DNA of 56,391 nucleotides, filler included, from Platydemus manokwari (Eukaryota): NCBI GenBank assembly GCA_037951405.1. It is 5 parts of 5 records of this genome, joined end to end, with 100 filler letters (N's around TTAATTAATTAA, not from the genome) between each part and the next. Parts side by side here need not be neighbours in the genome. Positions count along the whole stretch, not along the records: positions 34,672 to 44,338 come from JBBMOY011220765.1; positions 44,439 to 56,391 come from JBBMOY010377778.1; 3 more parts are not named here. One strand, written 5' to 3'. The notes beneath the pieces were generated by a model, which saw nothing but the letters and a program-made list of their open reading frames with translations, searched no databases and was not told the origin of the DNA. Made by a program: the position numbers and the translations under genes. Of the stretch, positions 39,714 to 53,211 are shown in pieces (within the stretch, counting starts at the first letter, position 1; each line of letters starts with the position of its first letter).

Positions 39714-41813
39714 TGTATTCAGATATAATAATGACTGCAAAAATGCCAACTTTTAAAGATTTAAAATTTCACAATTTGATATATATTTAAACTATTTTAA
39801 ATAGTTACATTACTTGGTTAAATTTTACAAATATTTACAATCATTTATGTTAAATTATAATTTTTAGTCTAAAGAAGATAATTAAAGCCAACTTAATTTA
39901 AAATTGAATGTAGAAAATAATATTTTACAGAATGACAAAGAGACTTTTAACTCTAATAACTAATAATGATAATTGGTAACATCCAGAATTTTCATTTTTC
40001 GATAAATACTTTAGATATATTTTTAAATTAAAAATTTGTCTAATCTGAAATTTAATACTGCAAGAAAATAGTTAATCAAGTTAAAGATTTTCTTTATTTT
40101 TCACGACTATATTTTCCTAAGTTTTTTTCGATTTTTATTTTATTATGAACCAAATATATTATATTATTCTGTCCCTTTGCGGATGTCTCATAGCCTTTTT
40201 ACCGGCTGAGTAAACCTATTAAAATCTAAAAAATACTTTCTCTTAAAAATTTACAGTTCCATATTTTATTACTCAATTTAGTCAAATTATAAATAAGATA
40301 GTTGGTCTATTTGATTTGAAGTCTCAATTTTGTTGAGACACAATTCTCTAAATGGCCAAATTTACGACCAGTCAACTTATAGTGAATAATGGTACCAAAA
40401 CTTATAAGCAAATTCATATTGAGTTATCGACAATATTTATTATAAACATATCTAAAGTAACTCCAATGACCTGAGTGTAATTGGGTTTTGATTGCTAATA
40501 TATTTTTACAATTAAACCAAGAAATAATATTGTTAGTAAATTATTATATAAGTCAGTTTAAAATTTTTAAAAATGGATCTCAAGAATTAAATACAAGATA
40601 AAAACAATAATTATAGAGATAAATAATATATTTTCCCTATAACAATTCTAATTTACAATTTGCAACTTGTCAAAGGTTTCTTTCAAAATCCTAAACTTAA
40701 TTAAGGATCTCAACTATTTATTGAATAATTTATGGAATATCACTTTTCTCAAAATCATAAATATAAAAGAAATTTTAAATTTAAACTTATGATATGTCAT
40801 TAATATCATCTATTATTTTTTAATTTAATATCTCATTTAATTTATTACAAATAAGGTAATTCGATTATGTTTCCAAAAACATTTCTATTACACATAATTC
40901 TTTTAATTATAGTGTAATGGTTACAGATCACGGTTGTTGTGAATTTGCTTTTAAAATTTAACGTGATGTGGAAATGTGGAATATTGAATATCCGGAATAA
41001 TTAATTTTATATCATATATACAATATAAGGTTTCGTTTGATATATAATTCGACTCCAAAATAATCTATAAATTATCACAATATTCTCTTCACAACCTAAA
41101 GATTTTCAAATCGGAAACAGATTTCGTATCGCGCATAATATTTGTCAAATACTACAGCTCTGGAAAACATGAATATATAATTTGTTTGATATTGAAAACA
41201 TCTATTTATAAATAAATTACACACATGCTATGGGCATTGTTTTATATATTTTATGAGTTTTATCTACACCAGCTTAAGGAACTTAAGCTTAAAATACAAA
41301 CTCAAGATTTATACATTAACTCATGTCATACTATAAATTGTTCGAAATCTGTGTTGCTAATTTTCAAATACATTCACAAGTCTATTTCAAATCTGCCGCC
41401 ACTTTGTCGACTTCATTCTCATATGTTATAATTGAAATTTGTTTATATATATATATATATATTTGAATATCTTTTGGGAACCTAATTAATATTTTCAATA
41501 TAAATATCAACAGAAAAGAACCTTGTTTAGATATACAAACAAAACTGGTCTTAAAATTGGTCCACTTCTTAAGCATGAGAAGAAGAAGCATTAATAGCAA
41601 ACATCGGTAAAATAAAGACAAAACATGTTAATAAATCAAATAAAAGAGAATGCAGATAATTAGACAAGATCTGTATATCAATGTTAATTAATTAATTAAT
41701 TAATTAAATTAATCAATTTTTGATTATTTGAAAAATAGTGTAATATTTATTTTTTTCTATTTCAATTGTCAATGTCAACATGGATTATATAAAGTTCTAA
41801 AGATATAATAACT

Positions 41814-44261
41814 CTAAATTAAATCTTGAGACACCCAGTTTCGACGAACAGACTCTTCTGTTCCATTTCTAGTCTTGGAAATACCTAATCTTGTTGATTG
41901 AGAATCGATATCTCGTCGATATGTTGACTAGAAAATGAAATGGATGAAAATCATTGATGAAAACAATATCAAATGTTACCATTTTGGCAGAATTCAATGG
42001 TGATTCGTGAACAAAATCAAGCTGGGGTTTTTGATTCAACAAATCCGATGTACAGCAATAAGGATAAAGCATCTTAGAAATACCCCTGTTTCCTCCACTG
42101 TTTCTCAATCCGAAATTATTGTTTTTTATTACGGGAACATCTCGTTTAATTGTTTGTGTTTTCGATTTCCGTATTCTCGGTTCCGTTGAAGTGCTGATAG
42201 TGCATTTTTCTGGTAAAGTTTGAGTAGCGATCGTTTCTCCCGCATCAGTCATATCGGAATTCTAAAGTCACGAAACTAGTTACGGTTTCATGTGTACTAT
42301 CAACCGTCTACCTGACAAGCCACCGTTTGTTTCTTAATAAAATCAAAATCTACGGCATCGATACCTTCATCTTTTCTTTCCACAGCCTGCTTTAGCTTTT
42401 TCTTCAAATCTTCAATTCGCTTTAATATTGGATTAACTTTCCTGCTACCGATCGTTTGACCTTTTTCCAATAAAGCATTAATCTTTCTCTCATGATTGTC
42501 AATTTCCCTTTTCAATTGATCTCCAATTTGCCTCTGTTCATTGGTCAAGCACGATCTTTTCATGCTTGGCTGAGCGATCTTCTTTTCAAATATCTTTTCC
42601 TGTTCTTTAGTCCAGTTTTCCAGTTCTTCGATGTCTTTATCGAAACTACTCCAGTCTTTAATTAGGTTTTCTAATTGAGGGACATATTTTTCAATCTAAA
42701 TCAAAATTATCATCAAAACTTAAATTTATCCATTAAAGATGCATTTAATATGGTCAATAAATGTGTAGAATTGTGTGATGAATAAGCTGCAAGTAGTTAG
42801 GAGATAATTCAAGCAGACCTCGAACCATTTTTTAGATTTTTTTTACCACGAAAATATCTCGATTTTTCAGTGTTACGCACAATAGTAGCCTTAATTCGAT
42901 TATAGTACGTTATTTTAATGAAAATGCCTCTTAAGAACAATAATAATAATAATAACAATAATAATGATAACGATAATGATAATAAAAATATTATTATTAA
43001 TAAAAATAATAACAACAACAATAATAATAATAATAACAGTAATAACGATAATAAAATATTAATAATAACCATAATTTTAATAAACCAATATATAATAATT
43101 ATTAAGATAGTTACAAGTAATTACAAATATAATATAGAATATAAAAAATCAAACCTCCCCGATATTCTTCTCAAAACCTGATTCAACGCTCTCAGCCAAT
43201 CTTGACAGGGGTGTCGTCAACGACAATCGTCTTTTCCTATTAACCTCTGCCAATGCTGAGAAATCTCGTGGTCCATTTTCTAAAGAGACAGAATGGCAGC
43301 TAGCATAGCAGTTAAGAAAAAATTCCTTAATAAAAAAATAGGTACTTCGATTTACTGAGTTTCAATTCTGTCTGTCTTGAAAGAAGATCTTCCAAAATTT
43401 CTTTTGCTTCTTTGATGTTTTTACAGGCTTCTTCATTGGTTTTTGCTGGAAAAAGTTTCTTATCTTTCCACCATTCTGTCAAATCATTGGACAGAAAATG
43501 ATCATTGACTTGAACAAGATCTCGATATTTTCTCCAATTTGCCAATTGTTCAGTTAGTCGACTCTAGAAACAGTCGAGAATTATTTATCCGAAAATCCAT
43601 ACTTCACACAACTCACTTTATTTTGATTTGCATTTTCTAAAAGGCTTTTGTGGCTGCTGAGTAAATTATCGATGTCGGCTTGTATTTCCGATTCAGAATG
43701 TGTAGCGAATGAGATAGAATTGGTTTTCGATTTAGGATAATCTGACATTTTGGCGGCCAATTGCTTTCCCATCTTAACAACCTTTTCGGAAGTAGAAAAA
43801 AATTCAAAAATATAAGAATAATGTAATATTTGAACTCACTCTATCGACATCTTGGGAAAAATTACTGATTTGATCACAAATTTTAGAATAATCATCTAAT
43901 TTGGTTTGAGCATCTTCAGGTGAATAAGCGCTGTAGTCATTTTCAATGATTCTGAATCCCGTATCGACGATCCATTTCTCACAAGCGTTAACAGCACTCT
44001 TATAGGCCGTCAAATCATTGTCCAATTGTCTAGCATTATTGAGTTCGGTCTGTTGATGAGAAAAAATTTATCGAATTAATCAATTTGAAAGCAGTGATTA
44101 TTTTTTACTTCGATGCTTTTCTTTAAATTTTGATATCTATCAACTATTCCTTTAGCTATTGAGGTGGCATTGGAATAATTTAGACTGCCACTCAATTCGA
44201 TAGCTTTGGATTGTAAATTATCTAGGTCCGTTCCAGCATCTTCTATTTCGCTGACAATATA
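41814..44261 (-). CDS. 3' part of a spectrin-repeat protein (nesprin/MSP-300-like), 5'-truncated by contig end
   Basis: In-frame exons with GT-AG boundaries: 44261-44109, 44049-43840, 43781-43617, 43563-43356, 43279-43155, 42695-42312, 42261-41980, 41927-41814 (last exon tentative). Spectrin helix-A Trp motifs: AYKSAVNACEKWIVD, NWRKYRDLV, KDWSSFDKDIEELENWTKEQE. Confidence 0.8.
42936..43075. repeat. (AAT/AAC/GAT)n compound microsatellite in intron
   Basis: Explains the poly-N and poly-L ORFs 42918..43181 and 42809..43072. Confidence 0.9.
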
Positions 44262-44338
44262 CTGACGGAAATTGAAACTATATTATTACTTTATTATTAT
44301 TATTATTATTCCAATTGATTATTATTATTATTATTATT

Positions 44339-44438
44339 NNNNNNNNNNNNNNNNNNNNNNNNNNNNNNNNNNNNNNNNNNNNTTAATTAATTAANNNNNN
44401 NNNNNNNNNNNNNNNNNNNNNNNNNNNNNNNNNNNNNN
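44339..44438. other. Artificial contig linker
   Basis: 44 N + TTAATTAATTAA + 44 N, preceded by (ATT)n. Confidence 0.97.
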
Positions 44439-46315
44439 GACAATTTTTATTAAAATAAAACCAACAATTCAAAAATTATTAATTGAGATACAACAAAATC
44501 TGTAGATTCCTCGCCGTTGAAGAAATATCTTGCCACAGAAATATATTTCCAGGCCTAAGTTTAGTCATAGAAATTGTCGAGGAATGTTTTGAAAGTACCA
44601 AAAATAGTAGTGGGCATCGAATACATGGTTTTTGATTGTTAGAGTTGAATTTTGGTTATAAATCTAAAATTGAATTTTATGTAAAATTTTCATTAAAATA
44701 TTATTACAAATAAATTTTAATATAAAAAAACTCACGAAAAGTCATTACTTTGAAATTGGGTCAAAGGACCCTTTTTCTTAACTTAAGCCGATTAACGTAA
44801 TTTCCTAAGTTTTCAACGAGATTATACTATAAAACAATTATGTGAAATTTATGACAAGTATTTGAGATTAATTGAGTCTATTCTGTAAACAAATTGCAGA
44901 TTCGATTACTTATTTAAATAGCATGCATCATGTTATTACTTTATTTTATCTTCTCTGTATCTTATAGTTCCAATTAATGTATTGTTTTACAACATCATAT
45001 TCAGTATTTTGGTCTAAATGATCCCTTTTCAATTTCATATTAGAACTTCCGGAACATACAAATCTGTGTTTATGTGTAATAAATCTGTCGAATATCTTAT
45101 ATTTTTTTAATTGGTATTTTTATGATTTATTTTTATAACTTAAAATTAAATTTTGATTAACTTTCAGTTATTGCTCTACAATTTTTTAATCTACAATTTA
45201 CTCATTCGTGGTTTAAGCTAATAGTATTTATAATCGAAATTTCCATTTTTTAATTCATAAACAACAATTCAATATCCTTGTTGATATTCACATATCCAAG
45301 ATTACAATCGTGGGACATAAGCATTGATAACCGATTCGTCCATTGAAGTTAAGAGAAGTTAAGTAGCTAAGTTTTAGAGACAATTTTTAAACTAGAATTT
45401 TATTTCATTATTTTTGTTGAGTTTTTTTATTTTAACTTTGTCGATCAAGTATAAATTAAATCAGTATCCATTGAAATTGCATTTGGTTTTGCCGAATTGT
45501 CTCACAATAAGTACATTTTTTTCTTTGAATGTAGGTAATTTTTTGACTATATGAATTCCAGACTCTTTGACAGAAAGGTTAGTGTTTAAAATGGTCAAAA
45601 GATGATTTTATTTTCCATTACTAGTAATCTATTTATAATGATGTTTTAAGACATAATTAAAATATCGAAATTGCCATTTCTCGGATAATTTTCCGTTGAA
45701 AGACAAATTGATAGATTAATAAGCGACGTTTTAATGAGCCTAGGGTGAAACTGTGATTCTAAAAATTACCTCTTTGTTTAAATATGTCTAATCTTTGCTA
45801 CCGTTGGGAGAAAGGCGATGCTTTGCAGATTATCCAATTGGAACAAATGTCTTCTGAATAGATTCTGAGTACTGTAAAATGAAAAAAAGATTAGTTTTGT
45901 GGAAGTGATTACAATTGTCAGAGAATATTTCGTGCCATTCTTTAATAACTTGGTTCTTTAACTTATTGAAAAATATATTTCTGGGGTTTATTGTTACACG
46001 GGAGATAATAAATTGGTTTTTTATTCAATATCTTTATAAAAGACATTTTAAACTCAAATATACATGGAGAAGACCTAACTAAATGTTCAATGTACAAATT
46101 AGAAAAATTTATAAAAGTGATTCAATTGAGTGACCAATGTTTTCAATACATGATGGTATTCATTCAGTAGATTTTCTCAATCTAACAAGTTTAACTGTGA
46201 GAAAATATATATGCGAAGACTTGATAATTAGTTAATTATCGATACTAGATAAATGACCATTAAAATACATGCGAAAACTGTATTAGTAAATATAATATTG
46301 ATAAAAAATTTTTAG

Positions 46316-49300
46316 CCAATGCATAAATAACAAATACCAATGTCGAGAGGATTATACGAATTGCTCTATAACCTGCAAACAAGACCAATTCCGATGTGAT
46401 AATGGTCAATGTTTACAATCTGATCAACTATGTGACGGTAAAAAAGATTGTCAACACGGTGAAGACGAACCAGCTAATTGCAGTAATATATTTGATAGTA
46501 CTATAACTTATTATATATAATTTATTATTATTATTATTATTGTTTATTGTTATTATTATTTTTCTATTTATTAATTGCAAGTCTATACTTTTTGATGAAG
46601 CACTTATTGAGAACGAAGTGAAAAGTTAAGACACTAAATTATATTTTAATTACATTTATTTAAATAAATAAATTTTTTGTAAAAGTTTGATTTTTAATTT
46701 TCTTAATTTTAAATATAAATTCTAGCACTAATGATTTTAATAATTCTTTAGAGAATCATGTATAAAAATTACTGTCAAAGTAAAATTGTCAAAAGATCTT
46801 CTTTCTTAGTTTAATCCGTTTATCATATTGTTCTCTTTAACTTTCATTTTTCAACGAAGCCTTTCAGATTAATCATGCGAACTGCAAAAACTATGACTCG
46901 ACAGCGCTGAGAATTCGTATAGTAGTATTAATATTTAAATATTTATATTTACCAGGAACAGAAAATTCTACATCTTCTGATTTGAAATTTTTATTTATTT
47001 ATTTAATTAATTTAAAAATACATTAAGTACAAGATAATTATTCAATTACTTAACTAATTCATAATAATAATAACGTTTTTCAGGTGTATCTTGTGGTTCT
47101 CAAGACTTCACATGTCGTTCCAACAAAGCTTGTATACCAATGTCGAAAAAGTGCGACGGAAAAAAGAATTGCGTGGACGGATCAGATGAAATTTCGTGCG
47201 GTATGGTTATATGTACTCAATTCATGAAAATTAATTTTTCTTTCTTCAATTGCCAATTAGAAATAAAAATATTCTTTAGAATATATTTATATATAAAATA
47301 TTAATAATAGTTTTAAATTAAAAGAAATATCAAAAAAATTTCATAAGCAAGATTCATGTTTATTAGAAGCGTTGATAACCACTATAATATTTAAATTTCA
47401 CTTATTTATCACAAAATAATATAAACTAGTATTCTAATGGTAATATTTTGGAAATCACACTGTTATATCGACGAATCAACTTCAGTAATCGTTTCATCAT
47501 AAAACCAATTTTAATAAAAACCAACTGCAGGGAGCTCATATTATTCATTTACGTGTTAAAAAGTTAAATCTTGAGAATATATAGAAAACATTTCTGTAAA
47601 TCTTAGGTTGCTTTCCTCATCAATACAGGTGCAGAAAATCAATGATTTGTTTGGATTTTCTAACAAAATGTAATGGACAATACGATTGTGGAAAAGATGA
47701 TGCTTCCGACGAAGAGAATTGCACAACGATCAATCGACCTTGCATAATTACTGATGGAATGAAAGATAATAAAGTAATAGAATGAATTCAGTTCCAAAGA
47801 TTTTGTAATTAATAAGAAAATTATTTTTCCAGACAATCCCCTCGAACAATATTCGTGTGATTACCGATCAAATTGAACAACCAATCAGTGATAACATAAA
47901 ATTAATGGAGTCGGAAGGTTTGTCAGTGATTGGTAATAACATCACCATAGATATAAATCCAACAAAATCAGGTGGGTATGCTAAAAAGTAAGAAATATGT
48001 GAATGATTATTTTCCATTAAGATACTCAGAAGGCGGCTATCACCAAAATTATTATTAGAGTTGATAACCCAAACAATGTGAAAACTATTATAGTGAATAT
48101 GACTTCATTAGAAGGACAATCATACACTATACTACTAAATAAAAGTCAAATTGAAAATGCAACTAATATTTTGGATTCAATTATTAAAACACCACCGCAT
48201 TATGTTAATACAAAACAGATTGGAATTCAAATAATGACGAAATCAAAAATGTGAGTAGTATTTGTTTAAATATATTTTTAGAGTAAATTTAAACAAATCA
48301 AAATAAAAATAACTTTTTGGTTCAAGTTAAATAAAACGATTTTTAACAGAAAAGGATCTTTATCTAGTGTGAAATTATTCCTTGAAATCATTGGATGTTT
48401 TACACCAGTTAAGAATGATTCACAGCAAGAAGAGAGAGTAGGGCCAGAAGAAATATCTGAAGAACTTTCCACACCAAGAACGGTTTGTTCCGATTGGTCA
48501 TCTTGGTCGATTTGTAATTCATCTTGTGGTCGTGGCACGATAGTCCGTTCAAGGAATTGTTCGGTTGTAGAAAATCAATACGATTCTTGCATCGGTTTAA
48601 GTTGCAACTGTAAACTATCATTTTCTGGAATTGAAAAGTACATCCAAAGAGATGTGGTCGTAGCATGGATTGAGCTGGATGACTTCATCGGATTAACACA
48701 TCCGAAAGAATCTGTTTTCGATGGGGATATTATTTCTAACAATTCTACCGTCTATGTAACTTGTGCTAATTGTACGTGTTCAAATTCGAAAATCACCTGT
48801 CAAAGCGATTCAAAATGTGGTAAGAATATTTTATTTGAGCTGGCTTAAACAAAAAATATTGAAAATTCTTTCATCAACGGTGAAACACGCCTTATTATTT
48901 AAACCACAAAGTTTTACAACTTTTTTTTCTTTAGAGAAAGATTGCCAGTGGTCTGAATGGACTGAATGGTCTAACTGTAGGGGTCCTTGTGACAATTCTT
49001 CTCAAAGTCGAAGGCGAACTATCTTCATACCACCTATTTATGGAGGAAAATCATGTGAAGCAAACGGAAATGAAGAAATTCGTAAATGTCCAAATACCTG
49101 TATTTGTAAGTGGAGTGAATGGTCGCCATGGAGCAATTGCAGTAAACCTTGTGGTGGAGGCACAGCTAGCAAAATCAGACAACCATTAACAAGTGCATGC
49201 AATAATTCTCAGGACGTTTCAGAAACATTTACAGCCTGTAATGATTTCCCTTGTCACAATCAAACTTCGAGTAATTTATTTGAAAATCTCTTTGTTATTT

Positions 49301-52300
49301 GCCTGATTATTATAAAGCAACGACTTGCAGCGGAAATAAAATATTTTCAATTTGCCATAATGTGACTTGTCCAAGAACTTGTGTCGATCTTCAGTCAGCG
49401 AGCAGTAAATGTGAAGAATCTTCCGAATGTATTACAGGATGTTTCTGTCCACCTGGTCATGTTGAAAATGTCTTCGGAAATTGTGTTGCATTTAATAATT
49501 GCTGTGATATATCTCAAGCTAATTGTAAAGAATGGTAATTTTAGTATTGTCGATTTCCTCGCTAAATTTTTTATCTTATTTTGTTTAAATTGTCAAATCT
49601 TGTAGTTTATATCATTTTTTAATTTTTGATTTTTTAATTTTTTTAAATTTTTTAATCAGCGAATTTGCTAAATGTAAAAACGGAAAAGCTATTTGTATAC
49701 CAACGGACAATTGTGATTGTACTTGGAAACCATGGCAAGACTGGTCACCATGTAACAAGTTATGTGGTCATGGGGATCAAATTAGAATTAGAATACAAAG
49801 TACATATCAAAGAGGAAACGGCAAACATTGCTTTGGAAATGATACCGATATTAAACCATGTCCGATTGTTCCATGTACAAATTGTACGGAAGATAGCTCT
49901 GAAGAAATTATCTTGAGCGGCTCACCGGTCACTCCTAATTCGACTTGTTTTAACTGGTATGTTTGAATCGCGTGTTTTAAAATCGTATAAAAGCTTAAAT
50001 ACCTTTTACAGTTTTTGCAATTTTCCCGGTGTCAAAGAATGCAGGCCTAAAACCAATCAAAGAAAACCAAGTGAAATATAAATTGTAGGATTAATATTTG
50101 TAATATTAAATACATATTTAGAAGCTTCGTGGAATGAATGGTCCTCGTGGTCGATTTGTTCAGGTACTTATCCAAATGGAACTCGAACTAGATATCGTAT
50201 CTGTGTCGATCCTTGTGAGAGTTTTTCAACTAGATGTAATGGCACGCGAACGGAATCGGAACCGTGTAAATTGACTTGTCAAGTATTATAATATTTGAAA
50301 TTCTTTGAGATGTATATAAACGTTGATAGACTGAGTGTGTTCCTGGAGAATGGAGAAATAGTTCCACTTGTAATGCAGAATGCATACCAAACAAACTAAT
50401 TGCGTACGGCATTGTGACACAGATCAGAGACATCATAGTTTCTTCGATAAATGGCGGGAAACATTGTGAAACAAATCGAACAATAATTTGTCGAAAAAAA
50501 TGCCCTGGTAAATAAAATTTACTTAGCATTGTATAGAAGAAATAAAATTTATTTCCTAGTTGATTGTGAGGTTTTGAGTTATGATGAAACTGCACCATGC
50601 GTGAAGTATTGTGCAAAAAATGATAAAAATTGCAATTCGAATTGTGGAATCGGAATCGTTACTAAGCGACCATTAAAAATAATAAAAGCTGAAAACGGAG
50701 GAAAAGATTGTAAACCATTATATGAGCCTTGTTTGGTTGGAAAGTGCAGTAAATTTGTTCTGATTTATTTGTATAATATTATTAATAATTTATTTCACAA
50801 ATTAGGAACACCATGTCTATCACCGAAGAGAATCCAATCTTGTTTCAACCCTTGCGAACTGAGATGCAGCGATCTATCCACTCAATGTACCAACAACCAG
50901 ACATGCATTGATTGGTGCTTTTGTACTGATAATAAAGTAGAACAAGATGGCAAATGTGTACCGAAATCAAAATGTCGTTGTAAATGGAATGCAGATATTT
51001 TGGGACCAAAACCAGATGACTATGATGAGGAATTACTTCCAGAGACTGTTGTTAGTAAAAATTGCAACAACTGGTAATAAAATAATATTTATAAAATGGT
51101 TACATGTTTATTGATTTATTAAGTACATGTCGACAGGGTCAATTTGTTTGTACGGATGCGATATGCACTCAGCATTGTCAATGGGATAATTGGAAGGAAG
51201 TCGTTCCTTGTAATGTGACTTGTGGTAAAGGCGTGCAGATTATGGAAAGAAGAATTTTAAAACATGCAGAATTTGGAGGCAAAGATTGTGAAGGTGATGA
51301 ATGATGATAAAGATTTTCATTTTATTTATTTAAACATTAAAAATGATCAATGACGTTGAGTTTGTAATTTTTCTGTCACCTAGGACCAACTAGAACTGAA
51401 ATTGCTTGTTATGCAACTAAAAAATGTTGTGATTCAAACGTGATTTTTGCATCCGAAAACAAAAATTGTGAACAAACATGTAATGATGTCGTCAACAAAC
51501 AATATCCAGTTCGGAAATGCGAAGAAGGTTGCAAATGTCAACCAGGCTATGTCAGAAACGCTAACAATACTTGTGTATTAATTACTGAGTGCAGTCAGTG
51601 TAAAATTAATGGAAAAATGTTGCAGGTCTGTCTGTTATTACTATAATAATTCTATTTTAAAGAGATTTTTTATTATTAGTGATTAAATTAGTGAAGATTA
51701 ACATAGATTTTTACCGAAAACAAGTTATTGGTAATAAATAAGATTTAGTATCGATAAATCCTAACACACACTAAAACTTCTCAGGTAATGGGTTGCGTGT
51801 AATTAATTGAGTATTAGTGAAGATATGATCAATAGATAATAGGCAATTAACAAAAGGAAATTTCACTGATAGACGAGAAAATACGATAACCAGTAATACA
51901 CATTTGTAGCGCAATGGTTTACCGAAAGTAGTGGTTGTGCACTGAAAAATGTTTCCAAACCTATGCAGACAGAAATAAGTGGCATCCGTCAACGTTCGAG
52001 AAAGAATAAAAATGATTTTTATCTGATTTAATATTGGAAATTTCAAATTTCCTAAAATTTTAAGAGGCGTGTATCAAAATAAATTCAATGAGTAATGACA
52101 ACTTGTCTAGTAACCAAGAGACATGATTAAATAAAATCCTTTTGCTTTTAGTGTTTCACTTTTGGAGTATTGTCTCACGTATTAGTGTGTCCAGAATACA
52201 GTGTCTGTTGTACTTGAATTTTGTGTGGAAATTTTGCTGAGTTTAGCTTAAAAATTGGTTTTTGAACTTTGACGGTTTTAGCATTTTCTATAGTAACTTA

Positions 52301-53211
52301 TTTTTTGTGCTGATTGCTTGGGTTGTTAATTAATTAATTAATTTCTAATTATGAAGTAATTAAAAATTTACGAGTCCATCAATTTATGGAGCTTTATTTA
52401 AACATTATCATTATATCAATGACATTTAAATATCTTTTGAAATCCGTGAAAATAAAATAATCCAGAAATTTTTGAAAATTTCTCTCTTGAATTTTTACGA
52501 TTTGTTTGATATTAAAAATGTGCTTTTTATTGTTTTACATCTAATAATGATTTGATAATTTCTTAATTGGTTTCAGGATGGAGACACGAGCAAAGATTTA
52601 GATACATGTCAAATCCATATGTGTTCTAATGGTGAATTGTTACACGCACCATTAACTTTAGACAATGGAATGCTACCGTGTTCCTTAGATGACGAAGAAT
52701 ATGTGCGACGCGGTGAAAAACCGGTAAAAGATGAAACAAGATGCTGCTATAAATCGTCCATTGTACGTTGTTCCGTCAAAACACTTCCAATAACTTCGTT
52801 GATATTAAAAAATAGCCATATCTGCATGCTAACAAATCGTCAAATTATTACAAAAACGGTTTGTGCTGGTGGATGCTCTTCAGAAACTAGCGTTAATGAT
52901 AATGAAATGAATGAAGTATGACTATTGGTGATTTATTTTTCTTTCTTATGATTTTCAATATTTAGAGCCCAATAGAGACATATAATAGACTTAATCAATT
53001 GATATTAGAAGATAAAATAATGTTATCGGAAGAATTCAAACAATTATCGCGGTGCAGGTGTTGTAAACCGGTACAGTTTAAAGTGCCAAGTCCCATAAAA
53101 TACAATTGCACCGACCTAGTTACCAAAGAATTGATCACGGGCTTTTATGTGAATCTTCGAATTACAAAATGCAAATGCAGCATCAATGATCACTGCAATG
53201 ATAACGGATAA
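46316..53211 (+). CDS. SSPO: SCO-spondin-like secreted Cys-rich glycoprotein, 3' portion (LDLa x3, discoidin-like spacer, TSP1/TIL repeats, C-terminal cystine knot); multi-exon, 5' end not identified
   Basis: LDLa exons 46316-46482 (CKQDQFRCDNGQC...CDGKKDCQHGEDE), 47084-47200 (CDGKKNCVDGSDE) and 47607-47773. TSP1 WSSWSICNSSCGRG, WSEWTEWSNCRGPC, WSEWSPWSNCSKPCGGG. TIL CPRTC...CITGCFCPPG, CELRC...CFC, CEQTC...GCKCQPGY. CTCK CAGGCSS...CRCCKP...ITKCKC. Stop at 53209-53211, AATAAA at about 53237. The symbol reflects architecture, not proven orthology. Confidence 0.88.

Noticed and set aside
13353-44394. Regularly recurring TTAATTAATTAA palindrome as a biological repeat or CRISPR-like element
   Set aside because: Always centred in 44+44 Ns, so it is a synthetic linker; natural (TTAA)n runs at about 41685 and 52326 are simple repeats.
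48278-50616. Antisense and alternate-frame ORFs over the SSPO-like, LYRIC-like and TE regions
   Set aside because: Shadow ORFs of real coding exons with no independent signals.
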